Shown piece by piece: positions 30,207-40,617 of a DNA stretch of 64,000 nt. Source of the stretch: Faecousia sp. (GTDB lineage: Bacteria > Bacillota > Clostridia > Oscillospirales > Oscillospiraceae). The stretch's first letter is position 1. Every line of letters starts with the position of its first letter. Position numbers and translations under genes: made by a program. The notes under the pieces are model-generated. The model was not told where the DNA came from and ran no database searches. It saw only the letters and a program-made list of their open reading frames with translations. Location: contig JAZKYA010000017.1 in assembly GCA_045611945.1 (NCBI GenBank), positions 264-64,263 of the forward strand, written 5' to 3'.

Positions 30207-31583
30207 TTATTTGATTTCCGGGTTTATGCCGCAGATCTCAATGCGTTTTTTCAGCCAGTTGCCCCGCAGGTAGACGATGTAAAAGACCAGCGCGGCAAGA
30301 ATCCAGCTGATGGGATAAGCCAGGGCCAGCATCTCTACTGTATGCCACCTGCTTACTATGACCACCACCCACACAATGCGAAACAGGCACGCGCACAGGC
30401 CGGTGATGACAGTGGGAACAGTGGAATAGCCTGTCCCCCGCATCGTACCGGCAAAGACCTCCACCGGCATAAATAACGCATTGAACGGTACGATCCACAG
30501 CATGATGTATGCGCCCACCCGGACCACTTCCGCGTCCGTGGTATAAATGCCCAAAATAAAGTACCTTGCCAAAAGCATCAGAGTGCTGAGGACAGCCATG
30601 AGAGAAACGCTCATACCCATGCAGACCCAAACGCTCTGCCGGATCCGGGCGTATTTCTGCGCGCCGAAATTCTGACCTACAAAGGTGGTGATGGCAACGC
30701 CGAAAGCACCGGAGACCATCCAGGTGATAGCATCGGTCTTGAGATATGCGGTCCAGGCGGCAACGGTAATATCGCCGAAGGAATTGATGCCCGACTGGAT
30801 CAGCACATTGGAAAGGTCGAAGGTGATGAGCTGTAATCCCGCCGGCAGGCCGATGAGCAAGATCCGCTTCAGCAGATCCTTGCAAAGCCGCAGGTTTTTG
30901 ATATGCAGACGGTATTCTCTGGGAAGGCGGCACAGGACAATGAGGATCAGTCCGGCACTGATGATCTGGGAGGTCACGGTTGCCAGGGCCGCGCCTGCCA
31001 CACCCAGCTCCAGAACCACCACACACAGAATATCCATCACGATATTCAGTCCGCACCCGATGACCAGAAAAATCAAAGGCCGCTTGGTGTCACCCATGGC
31101 CCGTAAAATGCCGGAGCCCATATTGTAGACCATGGAGGCAACCGCACCGGTAAAATAGATGCTGGCGTACAAAATGGCGTCTTCCAGACAGTTGGCCGGC
31201 GTTTGGGTAAGCTTCAGCATGGTGGGGGCGGATGCAATGCCGATAAAGGCGGTGGCAGCGCCCAGAATCACCGAAAGGCCGATGCCGTTGTGCAGGGCAT
31301 TGCTGATACCCTGCCGGTCGTTGGCACCGAAAAACTGGGACAGGATCACTGTCGCGCCGGTACTCAGACCAATGAAAAATCCGTTGACCAGATTGACAAA
31401 GGCAGAGGTAGAGCCTACCGCTGCCAGTGCATGGGTGCCGACAAAGCGGCCTACGATGATGGTATCGACGGTATTGTACATCTGCTGAAAGAAAGTACCC
31501 AGCAGAATGGGAAAGAAAAATGTGAGAAGCTGCTTCCAGATCACCCCTTCGGTGATCTGATTACCGGGGATCTTTTGCGGCAT
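30207..31583 (-). CDS. MATE family efflux transporter
   Basis: QQMYNTVDTIIVG, LRAMGDTKRPL, GQNFGA. Confidence 0.93.
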   Translation of the reverse strand: MPQKIPGNQITEGVIWKQLLTFFFPILLGTFFQQMYNTVDTIIVGRFVGTHALAAVGSTSAFVNLVNGFFIGLSTGATVILSQFFGANDRQGISNALHNGIGLSVILGAATAFIGIASAPTMLKLTQTPANCLEDAILYASIYFTGAVASMVYNMGSGILRAMGDTKRPLIFLVIGCGLNIVMDILCVVVLELGVAGAALATVTSQIISAGLILIVLCRLPREYRLHIKNLRLCKDLLKRILLIGLPAGLQLITFDLSNVLIQSGINSFGDITVAAWTAYLKTDAITWMVSGAFGVAITTFVGQNFGAQKYARIRQSVWVCMGMSVSLMAVLSTLMLLARYFILGIYTTDAEVVRVGAYIMLWIVPFNALFMPVEVFAGTMRGTGYSTVPTVITGLCACLFRIVWVVVIVSRWHTVEMLALAYPISWILAALVFYIVYLRGNWLKKRIEICGINPEIK

Positions 31584-31712
31584 TGAAATGCCTCCTTGTA
31601 AAGGGCTACGGGAATTTTACCACGAAAAACAGGCGCTGTCTATGGCTTTTTTACCGATGGGGACGATAGTGAAAGGCCGGAGATGCTTTCTCCGGCCTTT
31701 TGCTGTCAATTT

Positions 31713-33101
31713 TTATTTTGTTCTTTTTCGGTCAAAGATCGCGCCGATACCCATGATCACGGCAAAGACGATCAGGTACCACAGACAGCCAATGCCGTGG
31801 CTCATGATACAGGCCAGGATCATAAAACCGGAACCGCACAGGGCCAGAACCGGCAGAACAAAACGGCGGATCATGCCTTGATCCTTCTCTTTGCGGATCC
31901 ACTGGATGAGGATGGGGAAGTACATCAGATAGATGGTGATGATTGGAAGCTCAGAGGAATCGAACACGAAAGGACCGGTCCACATGCCAGCCAAATTGGA
32001 GCAGTAGAAGTACAGAAACCAGCCGGCGGTGACCATCAGCGCGAAAACTGCCGAGTTGGTAGGCATATTGGTTTCATTATCCAACTGACCGTAGACCTTG
32101 GGCGCAGGACCTTCGTTGCGGGCGGCCATGGAGTACATGCAGCGGCTGCAGCCCAGCATCAGGCCATTGGTAGTACCCAGGCAGGAAATAGCAATAAACA
32201 GGTTCAGAATATTGCCCAGTACGCCGCCAAAGATGTTGGTAAAGGCCACAGTAGCGCCCTGGTCAATGAGCTCCTGGTTGGTGGCACCGCCGGCAACACC
32301 GATATAATACAGGATATATACAGCCGCAATGATGATGCCGCCCAGGGTCAGAGCCAGGGGCAGGTTCTTCTTGGAATTTTTGATCTCCGCGTTAATAGAG
32401 GTGGCGATGATCCAGCCTTCGTAGGCAAAAGCGGTGGCGCAGACAGCAGTGAACAGGGGCGTGCTGGAAATGTCGGCAACCACTGCATTGGAGGTGAAGT
32501 TTTGCTCCAGCATACCGGAGGTAAGGCCATAGATCAAACCAACTACCACCATCAGTCCCAGTGGGATCAGCTTGATGACAGTGGTGCTGGTCTGGAACTT
32601 GCCGGCCAGTTTGGGAGAAAGGGCGTTGAGGGCATAGATGGCGCACAGGTAGAACAGGGTCAGCGCCATGCATTCCGGGCCGATGACGCAGCCGCCTTCG
32701 GCAGCGGGAATGGTCATGGGGAAGTTAGGGTTGGCGGAGGTAATGAATACCAAAGTGTATCTTGCGGATACCCATGCCAGAACGGATGTCATGGCGGGGA
32801 AATAGATGGTAGCGGAGAACCAGCCCATGTAGTAGCCATAGCGGGGACCGACAGTGGCTTCCGCATAGTCAACAAGGCCGTTGACCCGTTCGTATTTCTG
32901 TCCCATAAAGGAAAAAGTCAGCAGGCATACCAGCATGATGGCACCGCCGATAACCCAGGCCAGGACACCCAGGGGCATATCGCCGCCGGTTTTGGTAAGG
33001 ATGGTTTGGGCCTTGAAAAAAACACCAGAACCGATTACAATACCGACGACCATACAGATAGCTGTAAAAAGACCGTATTTTCTTTGCAGTTCGTTGTTCA
33101 T
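31713..33101 (-). CDS. APC family amino acid permease
   Basis: VGIVIGSGVF, FAYEGW, EIKNSKKNLP. Confidence 0.92.
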   Translation of the reverse strand: MNNELQRKYGLFTAICMVVGIVIGSGVFFKAQTILTKTGGDMPLGVLAWVIGGAIMLVCLLTFSFMGQKYERVNGLVDYAEATVGPRYGYYMGWFSATIYFPAMTSVLAWVSARYTLVFITSANPNFPMTIPAAEGGCVIGPECMALTLFYLCAIYALNALSPKLAGKFQTSTTVIKLIPLGLMVVVGLIYGLTSGMLEQNFTSNAVVADISSTPLFTAVCATAFAYEGWIIATSINAEIKNSKKNLPLALTLGGIIIAAVYILYYIGVAGGATNQELIDQGATVAFTNIFGGVLGNILNLFIAISCLGTTNGLMLGCSRCMYSMAARNEGPAPKVYGQLDNETNMPTNSAVFALMVTAGWFLYFYCSNLAGMWTGPFVFDSSELPIITIYLMYFPILIQWIRKEKDQGMIRRFVLPVLALCGSGFMILACIMSHGIGCLWYLIVFAVIMGIGAIFDRKRTK

Positions 33102-33252
33102 AGAGAAACCTCCCCCTTAAAATTATACTATTCAGTCTATCACAATTCGTGCCAATGTGCAAGAAAAACATTTGTCCACGACAGAAAAATATGGACGCAG
33201 ACATATAAATATGGTACAATGCGGCCTAAGAGAAGCTTTTGGAGGTTCTGCC

Positions 33253-34425
33253 ATGACAAAATTGCTGCTTCGCTTGTTTGTAAAGGAATATGATACACCG
33301 AAAAAGCCAAAGGTCCGCGCCGCAGTCGGTAAGCTTTCCGGCGTGGTGGGGATCGTGTGCAATGGGATCCTGTTTGGACTGAAGCTGCTGGTCGGTACGG
33401 TTTCCGGCTCGGTATCCATTACGGCAGATGCCATGAACAACCTGTCCGATGCCGCCAGTGCCATCGTGACGCTGGTAGGTTTTAAGCTGGCGGAAAAACC
33501 GGCAGATGAGGACCATCCCTACGGACATGCCCGGTATGAATACCTGTCTGGTCTGGCTGTGGCAGCCATGATCATCGTCATCGGCTTTGAACTGGCCAAG
33601 ACCTCGGTGCAGAAGATCATTTCTCCTGCGGCGGTGGAGTTTTCCGTGCCCGTGGCGGTGGTACTGGTCGGGTCTGTCGCAGTGAAGCTGTGGCTGTGCT
33701 TGTTTAACAGAAAGCTGGGCAGGCATATTGATTCTTCCGCATTGGCGGCTACCTCCGCTGACAGCCGGAATGACGCGGTCTCTACCGCTGCGGTGCTGGC
33801 AGCAGCGCTGATCGAACTGCTGACACAGTGGAGGATCGACGGGTTTATGGGACTTGGAGTGGCGCTGTTCATTCTTTACAGCGGCGCGATGCTTGCAAAG
33901 GATACCATCAGTCCCCTGCTGGGCGAAACCGCAAGCCCCGAGCTGCGGGAGCTGATCGTGGGCGTGGTGACGGCTCAGCCGAAGGTTTTGGGATATCACG
34001 ATCTGATGGTCCATGACTACGGCCCGGGACAGCGCTTCGCCAGTATGCATGTGGAAATGGATGTGAAGGAAGATCCTCTGGAATGCCATGAGCTGATCGA
34101 CAATCTGGAGCGGGAGTGCCTGAAGATGCACAATGTGCATCTGGTGCTGCACTACGATCCGGTGATCACCGGCGACGAGGAACTGGACCGGCTTAAAGAA
34201 GTGGTACAGCAGCTTCTGCGGCAGCAGGATGAACGGATCAGCATTCACGATTTCCGTATGGTCCGGGGGAAAGGCCACACCAACCTGGTATTTGATATTG
34301 CCCTGCCTGCTGAGCGGATGGCCCAGAAGCGGCAGATCAAAAAGGCGTTGGATGAAGCCCTGGCTGCCCGGGAACCGAATCAGTACTATACCGTCGTTAC
34401 CTTCGATATTGCCACATTTAACTAG
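33253..34425 (+). CDS. cation diffusion facilitator (CDF) transporter
   Basis: ADAMNNLSD, PADEDHPYGH, DSRND, HDLMVHDYGP. Confidence 0.93.
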   Translation: MTKLLLRLFVKEYDTPKKPKVRAAVGKLSGVVGIVCNGILFGLKLLVGTVSGSVSITADAMNNLSDAASAIVTLVGFKLAEKPADEDHPYGHARYEYLSGLAVAAMIIVIGFELAKTSVQKIISPAAVEFSVPVAVVLVGSVAVKLWLCLFNRKLGRHIDSSALAATSADSRNDAVSTAAVLAAALIELLTQWRIDGFMGLGVALFILYSGAMLAKDTISPLLGETASPELRELIVGVVTAQPKVLGYHDLMVHDYGPGQRFASMHVEMDVKEDPLECHELIDNLERECLKMHNVHLVLHYDPVITGDEELDRLKEVVQQLLRQQDERISIHDFRMVRGKGHTNLVFDIALPAERMAQKRQIKKALDEALAAREPNQYYTVVTFDIATFN

Positions 34426-34434
34426 TCATAAAAA

Positions 34435-34461
34435 GGCGGTCCTGCCTAACGCAGGACCGCC
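34435..34461. terminator. terminator between the CDF gene and the small ORF
   Basis: GGCGGTCCTGC/GCAGGACCGCC with an A-run on its left (U-tail for the minus strand). Confidence 0.75.
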
Positions 34462-34474
34462 AAAACTGCAATGA

Positions 34475-34540
34475 TTAGCAGCCGATACCGCACAACTGGC
34501 TCAGAATCTGCCAGATGACGCTGCAATTAATGAAACACAT
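34475..34540 (-). CDS. 21-aa Cys-rich small protein MCFINCSVIWQILSQLCGIGC
   Basis: AAGGAGGT RBS 8 nt before ATG, own promoter upstream, terminator directly after the stop. Too short for the ORF track. Confidence 0.65.
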   Translation of the reverse strand: MCFINCSVIWQILSQLCGIGC

Positions 34541-34623
34541 CTTGCATGACCTCCTTGTGTCAGGGCGCGTTCAAGCAGAGGGCTTGAATGCTGCCGGGAT
34601 TTGTCTCGCGAGGACAGTTAAGA

Positions 34624-34652
34624 TTGTAACCGAATTGTAATCAATATGCAAG
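34624..34652 (-). promoter_or_regulatory. promoter overlapping an OmpR/WalR-type direct repeat
   Basis: TTGCAT-17 nt-TACAAT on the minus strand. TGTAAC-N5-TGTAAT at 34625-34641. Confidence 0.55.
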
Positions 34653-34679
34653 CTGTAAATAATGGCAATGCAGGGAGGA

Positions 34680-35297
34680 CTATTTGATAAAGTTCGTGGC
34701 GATGCCAGGTTCTTTTTCCGGCAGACCGTATTGGGCTTTGCCCAAAGCGATGGCACGCATCAGAAATGTCATGTTCCGGGCCAGGGTGCGCATGGTCTGC
34801 ATGCCCTCTCCGTCCTCCACAGCTTCCCCCGGAAGCCGCCCATGGACGCTGTTCCAATACTGGCTGGACACCACAGGCATACCGCTGATGGTAAAGTATT
34901 TGTTGAGTTGGTCGAAGGTAGCGGAGCAGCCTCCACGCCGGGCCACGGCGATGCTTGCGCCCACCTTCATGGTCTTATTAAAATGGCTGCTGTAGAATAT
35001 CCGGTCCAGAGCGGCGGTGAGGGTGGAATTGGCGGAGGCGTAGTACACGGGGCTGGCAACCACCAGACCGTCACTTTCTCTCAGCTTTTCGGCAAGCTCG
35101 TTGATGCCGTCGTCGTGGACACATTTGCCGGTTTTATAGCAGCAGCGGCAGGCAGTGCAGCCACGGATGGGCCAGGCGCCGATCTGTACGGTTTCGGTCT
35201 CAATGCCCTCCTGGGCAAAGATTTTCTCCATTTCCGCAAGGGCTGCGGCTGTGTTGCCCTTTGGCCGGGGGCTGCCGTTGAGAAGTAATACTTTCAT
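34680..35297 (-). CDS. flavodoxin / iron-sulfur flavoprotein (NADPH-dependent FMN reductase family)
   Basis: NGSPRPKGNT, CTACRCC...C, SPVYY, RRGG. Confidence 0.9.
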   Translation of the reverse strand: MKVLLLNGSPRPKGNTAAALAEMEKIFAQEGIETETVQIGAWPIRGCTACRCCYKTGKCVHDDGINELAEKLRESDGLVVASPVYYASANSTLTAALDRIFYSSHFNKTMKVGASIAVARRGGCSATFDQLNKYFTISGMPVVSSQYWNSVHGRLPGEAVEDGEGMQTMRTLARNMTFLMRAIALGKAQYGLPEKEPGIATNFIK

Positions 35298-35335
35298 AGG
35301 TTTCTCCTGTTTGATAAGGGTGTTGTCCGGCATAG

Positions 35336-36208
35336 CTATAGAAGGTAAGTATTGAGGATCTCTACGCCGGTTTGGGCAGCGGTGGGGTTATCGGTATATT
35401 CCGCCAGAAGGAATGCGTGGTTGGTATTTTCAATGATATGGAAGTCGCAGATGTGACCTTTGCGCTCCATTGCTTTATGGAAGTTCGTGGAATGAAGGAT
35501 ATCCACGGTTGTGTCCTGCGCTCCGTGCATCAGGACAACAGGGCAGATATCCTCACGAATCTGGCAGATGGGGGAGAGATAACGGGCTCTCTCAATAAAA
35601 GATAGCTGGGCCAAGTCGCTGTGCTGCGTCTGTCTGGGAATCATGCGAATAAATTTGTCACAGTGTTCAAAGTCCAGAATCGGGTTTACGAGAAAGGCCT
35701 GCCGGAAGCGGAAGTTTTCATGGGTATAGGCGGTTGCCAGCATACCGGCCAGATGGCCGCCGGCGGATTCTCCAAGAATATAGATGCTGTCGGTATCCAT
35801 GTGGTGTGATGCCGCGTTCTCAAGAATATAATCCATAGCGTAGACACAATCATCGTAGCAGTCGATCAACTGATAATGCTCCCGTTGGAAGTCTTCCGCG
35901 CTAAGCCTGTAGTCAATGCTGACACACACAAAGCCACGGTCTGCGTAATATCTTGCCAGGTATCCAAGGTGATCTCCCTGCCAATGTCCATCTTGATCGG
36001 GGAAGATCTTGTGAGAGCGCCAGCATCCGCCATGGACCAGCACAATGGCGGGGAACTTCTGCCGCGCAGTATCCGCGGGGTAATAAAAGCTCATATAGAT
36101 GGGCTCTCCGGCTACAGTCCGGTAGGAAACGGTAAGGTCTCCGCTGTGGCGCGCCACGCAATCGCTGAAATCAAGGCCGGTTGGTATCAGAGAGTGCTGA
36201 ATTATCAT
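35336..36208 (-). CDS. alpha/beta hydrolase (esterase/lipase)
   Basis: HGGCW, IDYRL, GESAGGHLA, HGAQD, HAF. Confidence 0.88.
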   Translation of the reverse strand: MIIQHSLIPTGLDFSDCVARHSGDLTVSYRTVAGEPIYMSFYYPADTARQKFPAIVLVHGGCWRSHKIFPDQDGHWQGDHLGYLARYYADRGFVCVSIDYRLSAEDFQREHYQLIDCYDDCVYAMDYILENAASHHMDTDSIYILGESAGGHLAGMLATAYTHENFRFRQAFLVNPILDFEHCDKFIRMIPRQTQHSDLAQLSFIERARYLSPICQIREDICPVVLMHGAQDTTVDILHSTNFHKAMERKGHICDFHIIENTNHAFLLAEYTDNPTAAQTGVEILNTYLL

Positions 36209-36380
36209 TTTTTCTCCCCCCAGTGCTTTGAATATACCATAATCAACAGCAAATTGCAATCATCATGACGCTTGTGAAGGAATAAAGGCAAGCCGGGAAT
36301 GCCAATGTTGAAGCTTTTTCATATCATGGATTGTAATTGGTGTGAAGGAGTGCTATAATACGGCAAAAGGAGTGGTGACG

Positions 36381-37166
36381 ATGCTGAAATTTGGAATGCC
36401 CGCGCTGATCGAACTGGATACGGTGGAAGAGCATGCCGCGTTGTGTGCCGAGCTGGGTCTGGATTTTATTGAACTGAATACCAATTTTCCCCTGCAGCAG
36501 ATCCATAAGATGGACCCGGCGCTGCTGAACCGGCTGGCGGAGCAATACGGAATCGGATACACGATTCATCTGAACGATGACCTGCCTGTGGCGGACTTCA
36601 ATCCCGGCGTGGCAAAGGCCTACTGCCAGTCTGTACTGGATGCCATTGTCTTTGCCAAGAAAATCGGCTGCAAGGTGTTGAATCTGCATATTGCCGAGGG
36701 TGCCCATTATACGACTCCAGCCAGGATCGTCTATTTTTATGAAGCCTACAAGGAAGAATATCTGCAGGGCATGGCCGCGTTCCGGGATGCCTGTGAGGCG
36801 GCTGTGGGCAGCAGCGGTATCCGCATCTGCATGGAAAACAGCAAGGCCTACTTCGGTTTCCAAAAGGAGGCCCTGGACCTGCTGCTGGAAAGCCCGGTGT
36901 TTTTCCTGACACTGGATATCGGCCACAACCATTGCTCCGGTTATGCCGATGAACAGTGGATCAGAGCCAGGAGCAGCCGGCTGAAGCATATGCATATGCA
37001 TGATGCCAAGGGCAGCAAGCAGGACCACCAGCCTTTGGGCCGGGGCGAGATAGACATTCCTTCTTATCTGGATCTGGCGCGGCAGTGTGAATGTACGGTG
37101 CTGCTGGAGGTAAAGACCGTGGAGGGCCTGCGTGACAGCGTGGCCTGGCTGCGAGGGCGCACATAA
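36381..37166 (+). CDS. sugar phosphate isomerase/epimerase (TIM barrel)
   Basis: CMEN, LDIGH, HMHDA, LLEVK. Confidence 0.82.
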   Translation: MLKFGMPALIELDTVEEHAALCAELGLDFIELNTNFPLQQIHKMDPALLNRLAEQYGIGYTIHLNDDLPVADFNPGVAKAYCQSVLDAIVFAKKIGCKVLNLHIAEGAHYTTPARIVYFYEAYKEEYLQGMAAFRDACEAAVGSSGIRICMENSKAYFGFQKEALDLLLESPVFFLTLDIGHNHCSGYADEQWIRARSSRLKHMHMHDAKGSKQDHQPLGRGEIDIPSYLDLARQCECTVLLEVKTVEGLRDSVAWLRGRT

Positions 37167-37220
37167 CATATCAGGCGGGCAGCGTCAAAATGGCGCTGCC
37201 CGCTCAGTTTGTTGCTGCGT

Positions 37221-37391
37221 TAAATGATCGTTTCACTGAGCAGTCGCCTAAAACGCGCGTCATTGCGAGCCAGTGATCACACTGGCGTGGCAATCCCGTA
37301 ACACTATGGAAACCTTACGGGATTCCCACGGCCCTAAAGGGCCTCGGAATGACGAGAAGGTTTGGTAGTTCGTGCGCTAAACGGTCATTTA
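37221..37391. mobile_element. MITE-like element carrying a GTCATTGCGAG-type REP doublet
   Basis: TIRs TAAATGATCGTTT / AAACGGTCATTTA. Internal GTCATTGCGAG..GTGGCAATCCC pairs with GGGATTCCCAC..CTCGGAATGAC. Confidence 0.65.
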
Positions 37392-37421
37392 TAATGATAC
37401 GGCCTTGTGGCGGAAAATGAG

Positions 37422-37658
37422 TTACAGGTCCTGCAGGTCTGCCAGGGTCATATCGTTTTCCAGATTGTCCCGGGCCAGGTCGTTGTCTATGATACCGTGG
37501 GCATCGGAAATGGGCCGGTCATGCCAAACTTTCAGATTCGCGCCATAGGTGCCTGCCACAATGGGTCTTGCCTTTCCCTGGATTCTGGGAACAGGGGATA
37601 CATCATTTTTGGGATGGGTCTGGGTCCGGTCCGGCCGGGCCATGCCTTTTTTCGCCAT
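37422..37658 (-). CDS. small hypothetical protein (MAKKGMARP...)
   Basis: GAGGTG RBS and a plausible 78-aa ORF downstream of ftsH. Confidence 0.65.
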   Translation of the reverse strand: MAKKGMARPDRTQTHPKNDVSPVPRIQGKARPIVAGTYGANLKVWHDRPISDAHGIIDNDLARDNLENDMTLADLQDL

Positions 37659-37711
37659 AAAAATCACCTCGGAGAAAGTGTTCCTCCGAGGTGATTGAAT
37701 TATGCGGATTT

Positions 37712-39580
37712 TTATTGCTGCTCAGGGTCCTCCTTGGGTTTGATAAAGGCCATCAGCTCTTCGCCGGTGATCGTCTCCTTGACCAGCAGGTATTCGGAGA
37801 TCTCGTCCAGCAGCGCCCGGTTTTCCGTCAGCAGCTTTTTGGCGTCTGCATAGCACCGGTCCATGATCCCCTGAACGGCCTTATCCACCACAGCGGCAGT
37901 TTCCTGTGAGCAATCCAGGTACGCCTGACTGTCCAGATACTGGTTTCTGACAGTTGCCGGGGCCATGAGCCCCAGCTCGTCACTCATGCCGTAGACGGTG
38001 ACCATGTGCTTGGCAAGGGAGGTGGCCCGCTGGATATCGTTGGCAGCGCCGGTGGTCTGAACACCAAATACGATCTGCTCAGCGGCACGGCCGCCCAAGG
38101 TGGACCGCAGGTCCACCAGCAGCTCGTCCTTGGTGGAAAGGAACTTTTCTTCTTCGGGGGTGTACATGGTATAGCCCAGCGCACCGGAGGTATGGGGCAC
38201 AATGGTGATTTTGGTAACGGGGTCTGTGTGCTTTTCCAAAGCAGCTACCAGCGCGTGGCCCACCTCGTGATAAGCGACCAGGCGCTTTTCAGTGTCGGTC
38301 AGAACGGTATTCTTTTTCTCGGTGCCTGCGATGACGGTTTCAAAGGATGCAAGCAGGTCCTCCTGGGTAACCATCTTGCGGCCCTGGCGCACGGCCCGCA
38401 GGGCAGCTTCGTTTACCAGATTGGCAAGATCAGCGCCCACAGCGCCGGCGGTGGCATGGGCCAATTTTTTCAGATCCACATCCTCTGCCAGCTTGATCTT
38501 GCGTGTGTGTACCTTCAGAGTATCCAGCCGTCCCTGGAGGTTGGGCCGGTCCACTACGATCTGGCGGTCGAAACGGCCGGGACGCAGCAGGGCCTTGTCC
38601 AGTGTTTCGGGCCGGTTGGTGGCAGCCAGAATGACGATGCCCTTGGAGGAATCAAAGCCGTCGATCTCACCCAGAAGGGTATTGAGGGTCTGATCGTTAT
38701 AGCCCAGGCGGTTGTCACGCTTGTGACCCACCGCGTCGATCTCGTCAATAAAGATGATGCAGGGCGCTACCTTCGCGGCCTGCTGGAACAGATCCCGGAC
38801 GCGGCTGGAGCCGACGCCCACAAAGGTGTCGTCAAAATCAGAGCCGGAAAGGGCAAAGAAAGGCACATCCGCTTCGCCTGCCACCGCTTTGGCCAGGAGC
38901 GTTTTGCCCGTACCGGGAGAGCCAACCAGCAGCGCACCCTTAGGCAGCTTTGCGCCGATCTCTGTGTACTTTTGGGGATTGTGCAGGAAATCGATAATCT
39001 CCTGCAGGGATTCCTTGGCTTCGTCCTGGCCAGCCACATCCTTGAAGGTAACGCCGGTCTGTTTTTCCATGTATACCTTGGCTTTGCTCTTGCCGAAGCT
39101 GCCCATCATACCGTCTCCGCTCATGCGCTTGGTCAGCGAACGCATGGACAGGAAAATCACGCCGAACATCATGGCGTAGAGCAAAATGGTAATGATAAAG
39201 GAATTGTCCTCAACGATTGGGTAGGTTACATCCACACCCATGTCCACCAATTCGTCTGCCAGAGCCATGTAGTTGCCGTAGGGGAGACCGGCATAGCAGG
39301 CTTTTTGGTAACGGGGGTCTTTCTCGGCCTCCTCCTTGGTCAGAAACAGCACCCGGTCCGCCCGGATCTCTACCTCTGCCAGCTGGCCGGAGAGCATATA
39401 GTCCCGGAACTGGGAATAGGTGGTTTCTGTGTACATGCCCTTGGAGATGGCATTGAAGATAAAACTGATCAAAAGAACAATGGCAACGGTTGCAAACAGC
39501 GCAATGCCCAGACTGCGCTTCGGCTGCTTGCTGTCCTGGGGTGCGCCATTGCCGGAGTCTTTGTTTTGCTTGGAGTCCAT
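37712..39580 (-). CDS. ftsH: ATP-dependent zinc metalloprotease FtsH
   Basis: Two TM helices, [41 protein letters not shown]. Confidence 0.95.
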   Translation of the reverse strand: MDSKQNKDSGNGAPQDSKQPKRSLGIALFATVAIVLLISFIFNAISKGMYTETTYSQFRDYMLSGQLAEVEIRADRVLFLTKEEAEKDPRYQKACYAGLPYGNYMALADELVDMGVDVTYPIVEDNSFIITILLYAMMFGVIFLSMRSLTKRMSGDGMMGSFGKSKAKVYMEKQTGVTFKDVAGQDEAKESLQEIIDFLHNPQKYTEIGAKLPKGALLVGSPGTGKTLLAKAVAGEADVPFFALSGSDFDDTFVGVGSSRVRDLFQQAAKVAPCIIFIDEIDAVGHKRDNRLGYNDQTLNTLLGEIDGFDSSKGIVILAATNRPETLDKALLRPGRFDRQIVVDRPNLQGRLDTLKVHTRKIKLAEDVDLKKLAHATAGAVGADLANLVNEAALRAVRQGRKMVTQEDLLASFETVIAGTEKKNTVLTDTEKRLVAYHEVGHALVAALEKHTDPVTKITIVPHTSGALGYTMYTPEEEKFLSTKDELLVDLRSTLGGRAAEQIVFGVQTTGAANDIQRATSLAKHMVTVYGMSDELGLMAPATVRNQYLDSQAYLDCSQETAAVVDKAVQGIMDRCYADAKKLLTENRALLDEISEYLLVKETITGEELMAFIKPKEDPEQQ

Positions 39581-39794
39581 AGTGTCCCTCCTCGAAATCG
39601 TCTTAGGTATTTTATCCATCATAACACATTTTCTTTCGTGAAGCAATGAATGAGAGGGTAAATTGCCGTAAATTTTCTGTTAATTCGTGGAAAAGGCTTC
39701 CGTCGGTGAAAAAAGCAGTTGTATGGAGAATAATTCTTTGTTATAATAAATCCATACTATGCCCATTTGGACATGATTTTGGAGCTGAGTGACT

Positions 39795-40595
39795 ATGAAA
39801 GATACCAAGCGATTCAACCGGGAAAATCCCCGCCGGAATTTTTCTGCCCCTGAGACAGAGGAAAATGAGGGCCAGATCGAAGGCCGCAACGCGCTGACTG
39901 AGGCGCTGCGCAGCGGCCGTACCATTGATAAGGTGTTCATTGCTGCCGGTGAAACGGACCGGGCACTGCAGCGTCTGGCGGCGGATGCCAAGGAATCGGG
40001 CGCGGTAGTAGTGCCGGTGGACCGCCGGAAGCTGGATGCTATGAGCCAGAGCCATTCCCATCAGGGTGTCATCGCGCTGGTGGCTGCCCGGGCGTATTTT
40101 TCCGTTGAGGACATTTTGGAGGAGGCTGCTTCCCGGGGAGAAGCACCCCTGATCGTGATCTGCGATGAGCTGTCCGACCCCCACAATCTGGGCGCGATTC
40201 TCAGAACGGCGGAGTGCGCCGGAGCCCATGGCGTGATCATCCCCAAGCGCCGCAGTGTTGGATTGACCGCAGTGGTGGCAAAGGCTTCTGCCGGCGCTGT
40301 GGAGTATATGAAGGTGGCGAGGGTAACCAATATCACCGCTACCATTGAGGATTTGAAAAAGCAGGGCGTCTGGATCTTCGGCACAGCGGCCGAAGGCTCG
40401 ATCCCCATGTACCAGGCGGATCTGAAAGGGCCTGCCGCTATTGTGATCGGCTCGGAGGGCGACGGCATGAGCCGCCTGGTCCGCCAGAGCTGTGATGTTA
40501 CTGTGCATATTCCCATGAAAGGCAAGATTTCCTCATTGAACGCGTCCAACGCCGCTTCTATTTTACTGTATGAAGCGGTGCGCCAGCGCCAGTGA
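39795..40595 (+). CDS. rlmB: 23S rRNA (guanosine-2'-O)-methyltransferase RlmB
   Basis: IEGRN, HQGV, DPHNLGAILR, KASAGA, GSEG, SLNAS. Confidence 0.92.
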   Translation: MKDTKRFNRENPRRNFSAPETEENEGQIEGRNALTEALRSGRTIDKVFIAAGETDRALQRLAADAKESGAVVVPVDRRKLDAMSQSHSHQGVIALVAARAYFSVEDILEEAASRGEAPLIVICDELSDPHNLGAILRTAECAGAHGVIIPKRRSVGLTAVVAKASAGAVEYMKVARVTNITATIEDLKKQGVWIFGTAAEGSIPMYQADLKGPAAIVIGSEGDGMSRLVRQSCDVTVHIPMKGKISSLNASNAASILLYEAVRQRQ

Positions 40596-40617
40596 TCTGC
40601 CCAGACAGGAGGTACTT

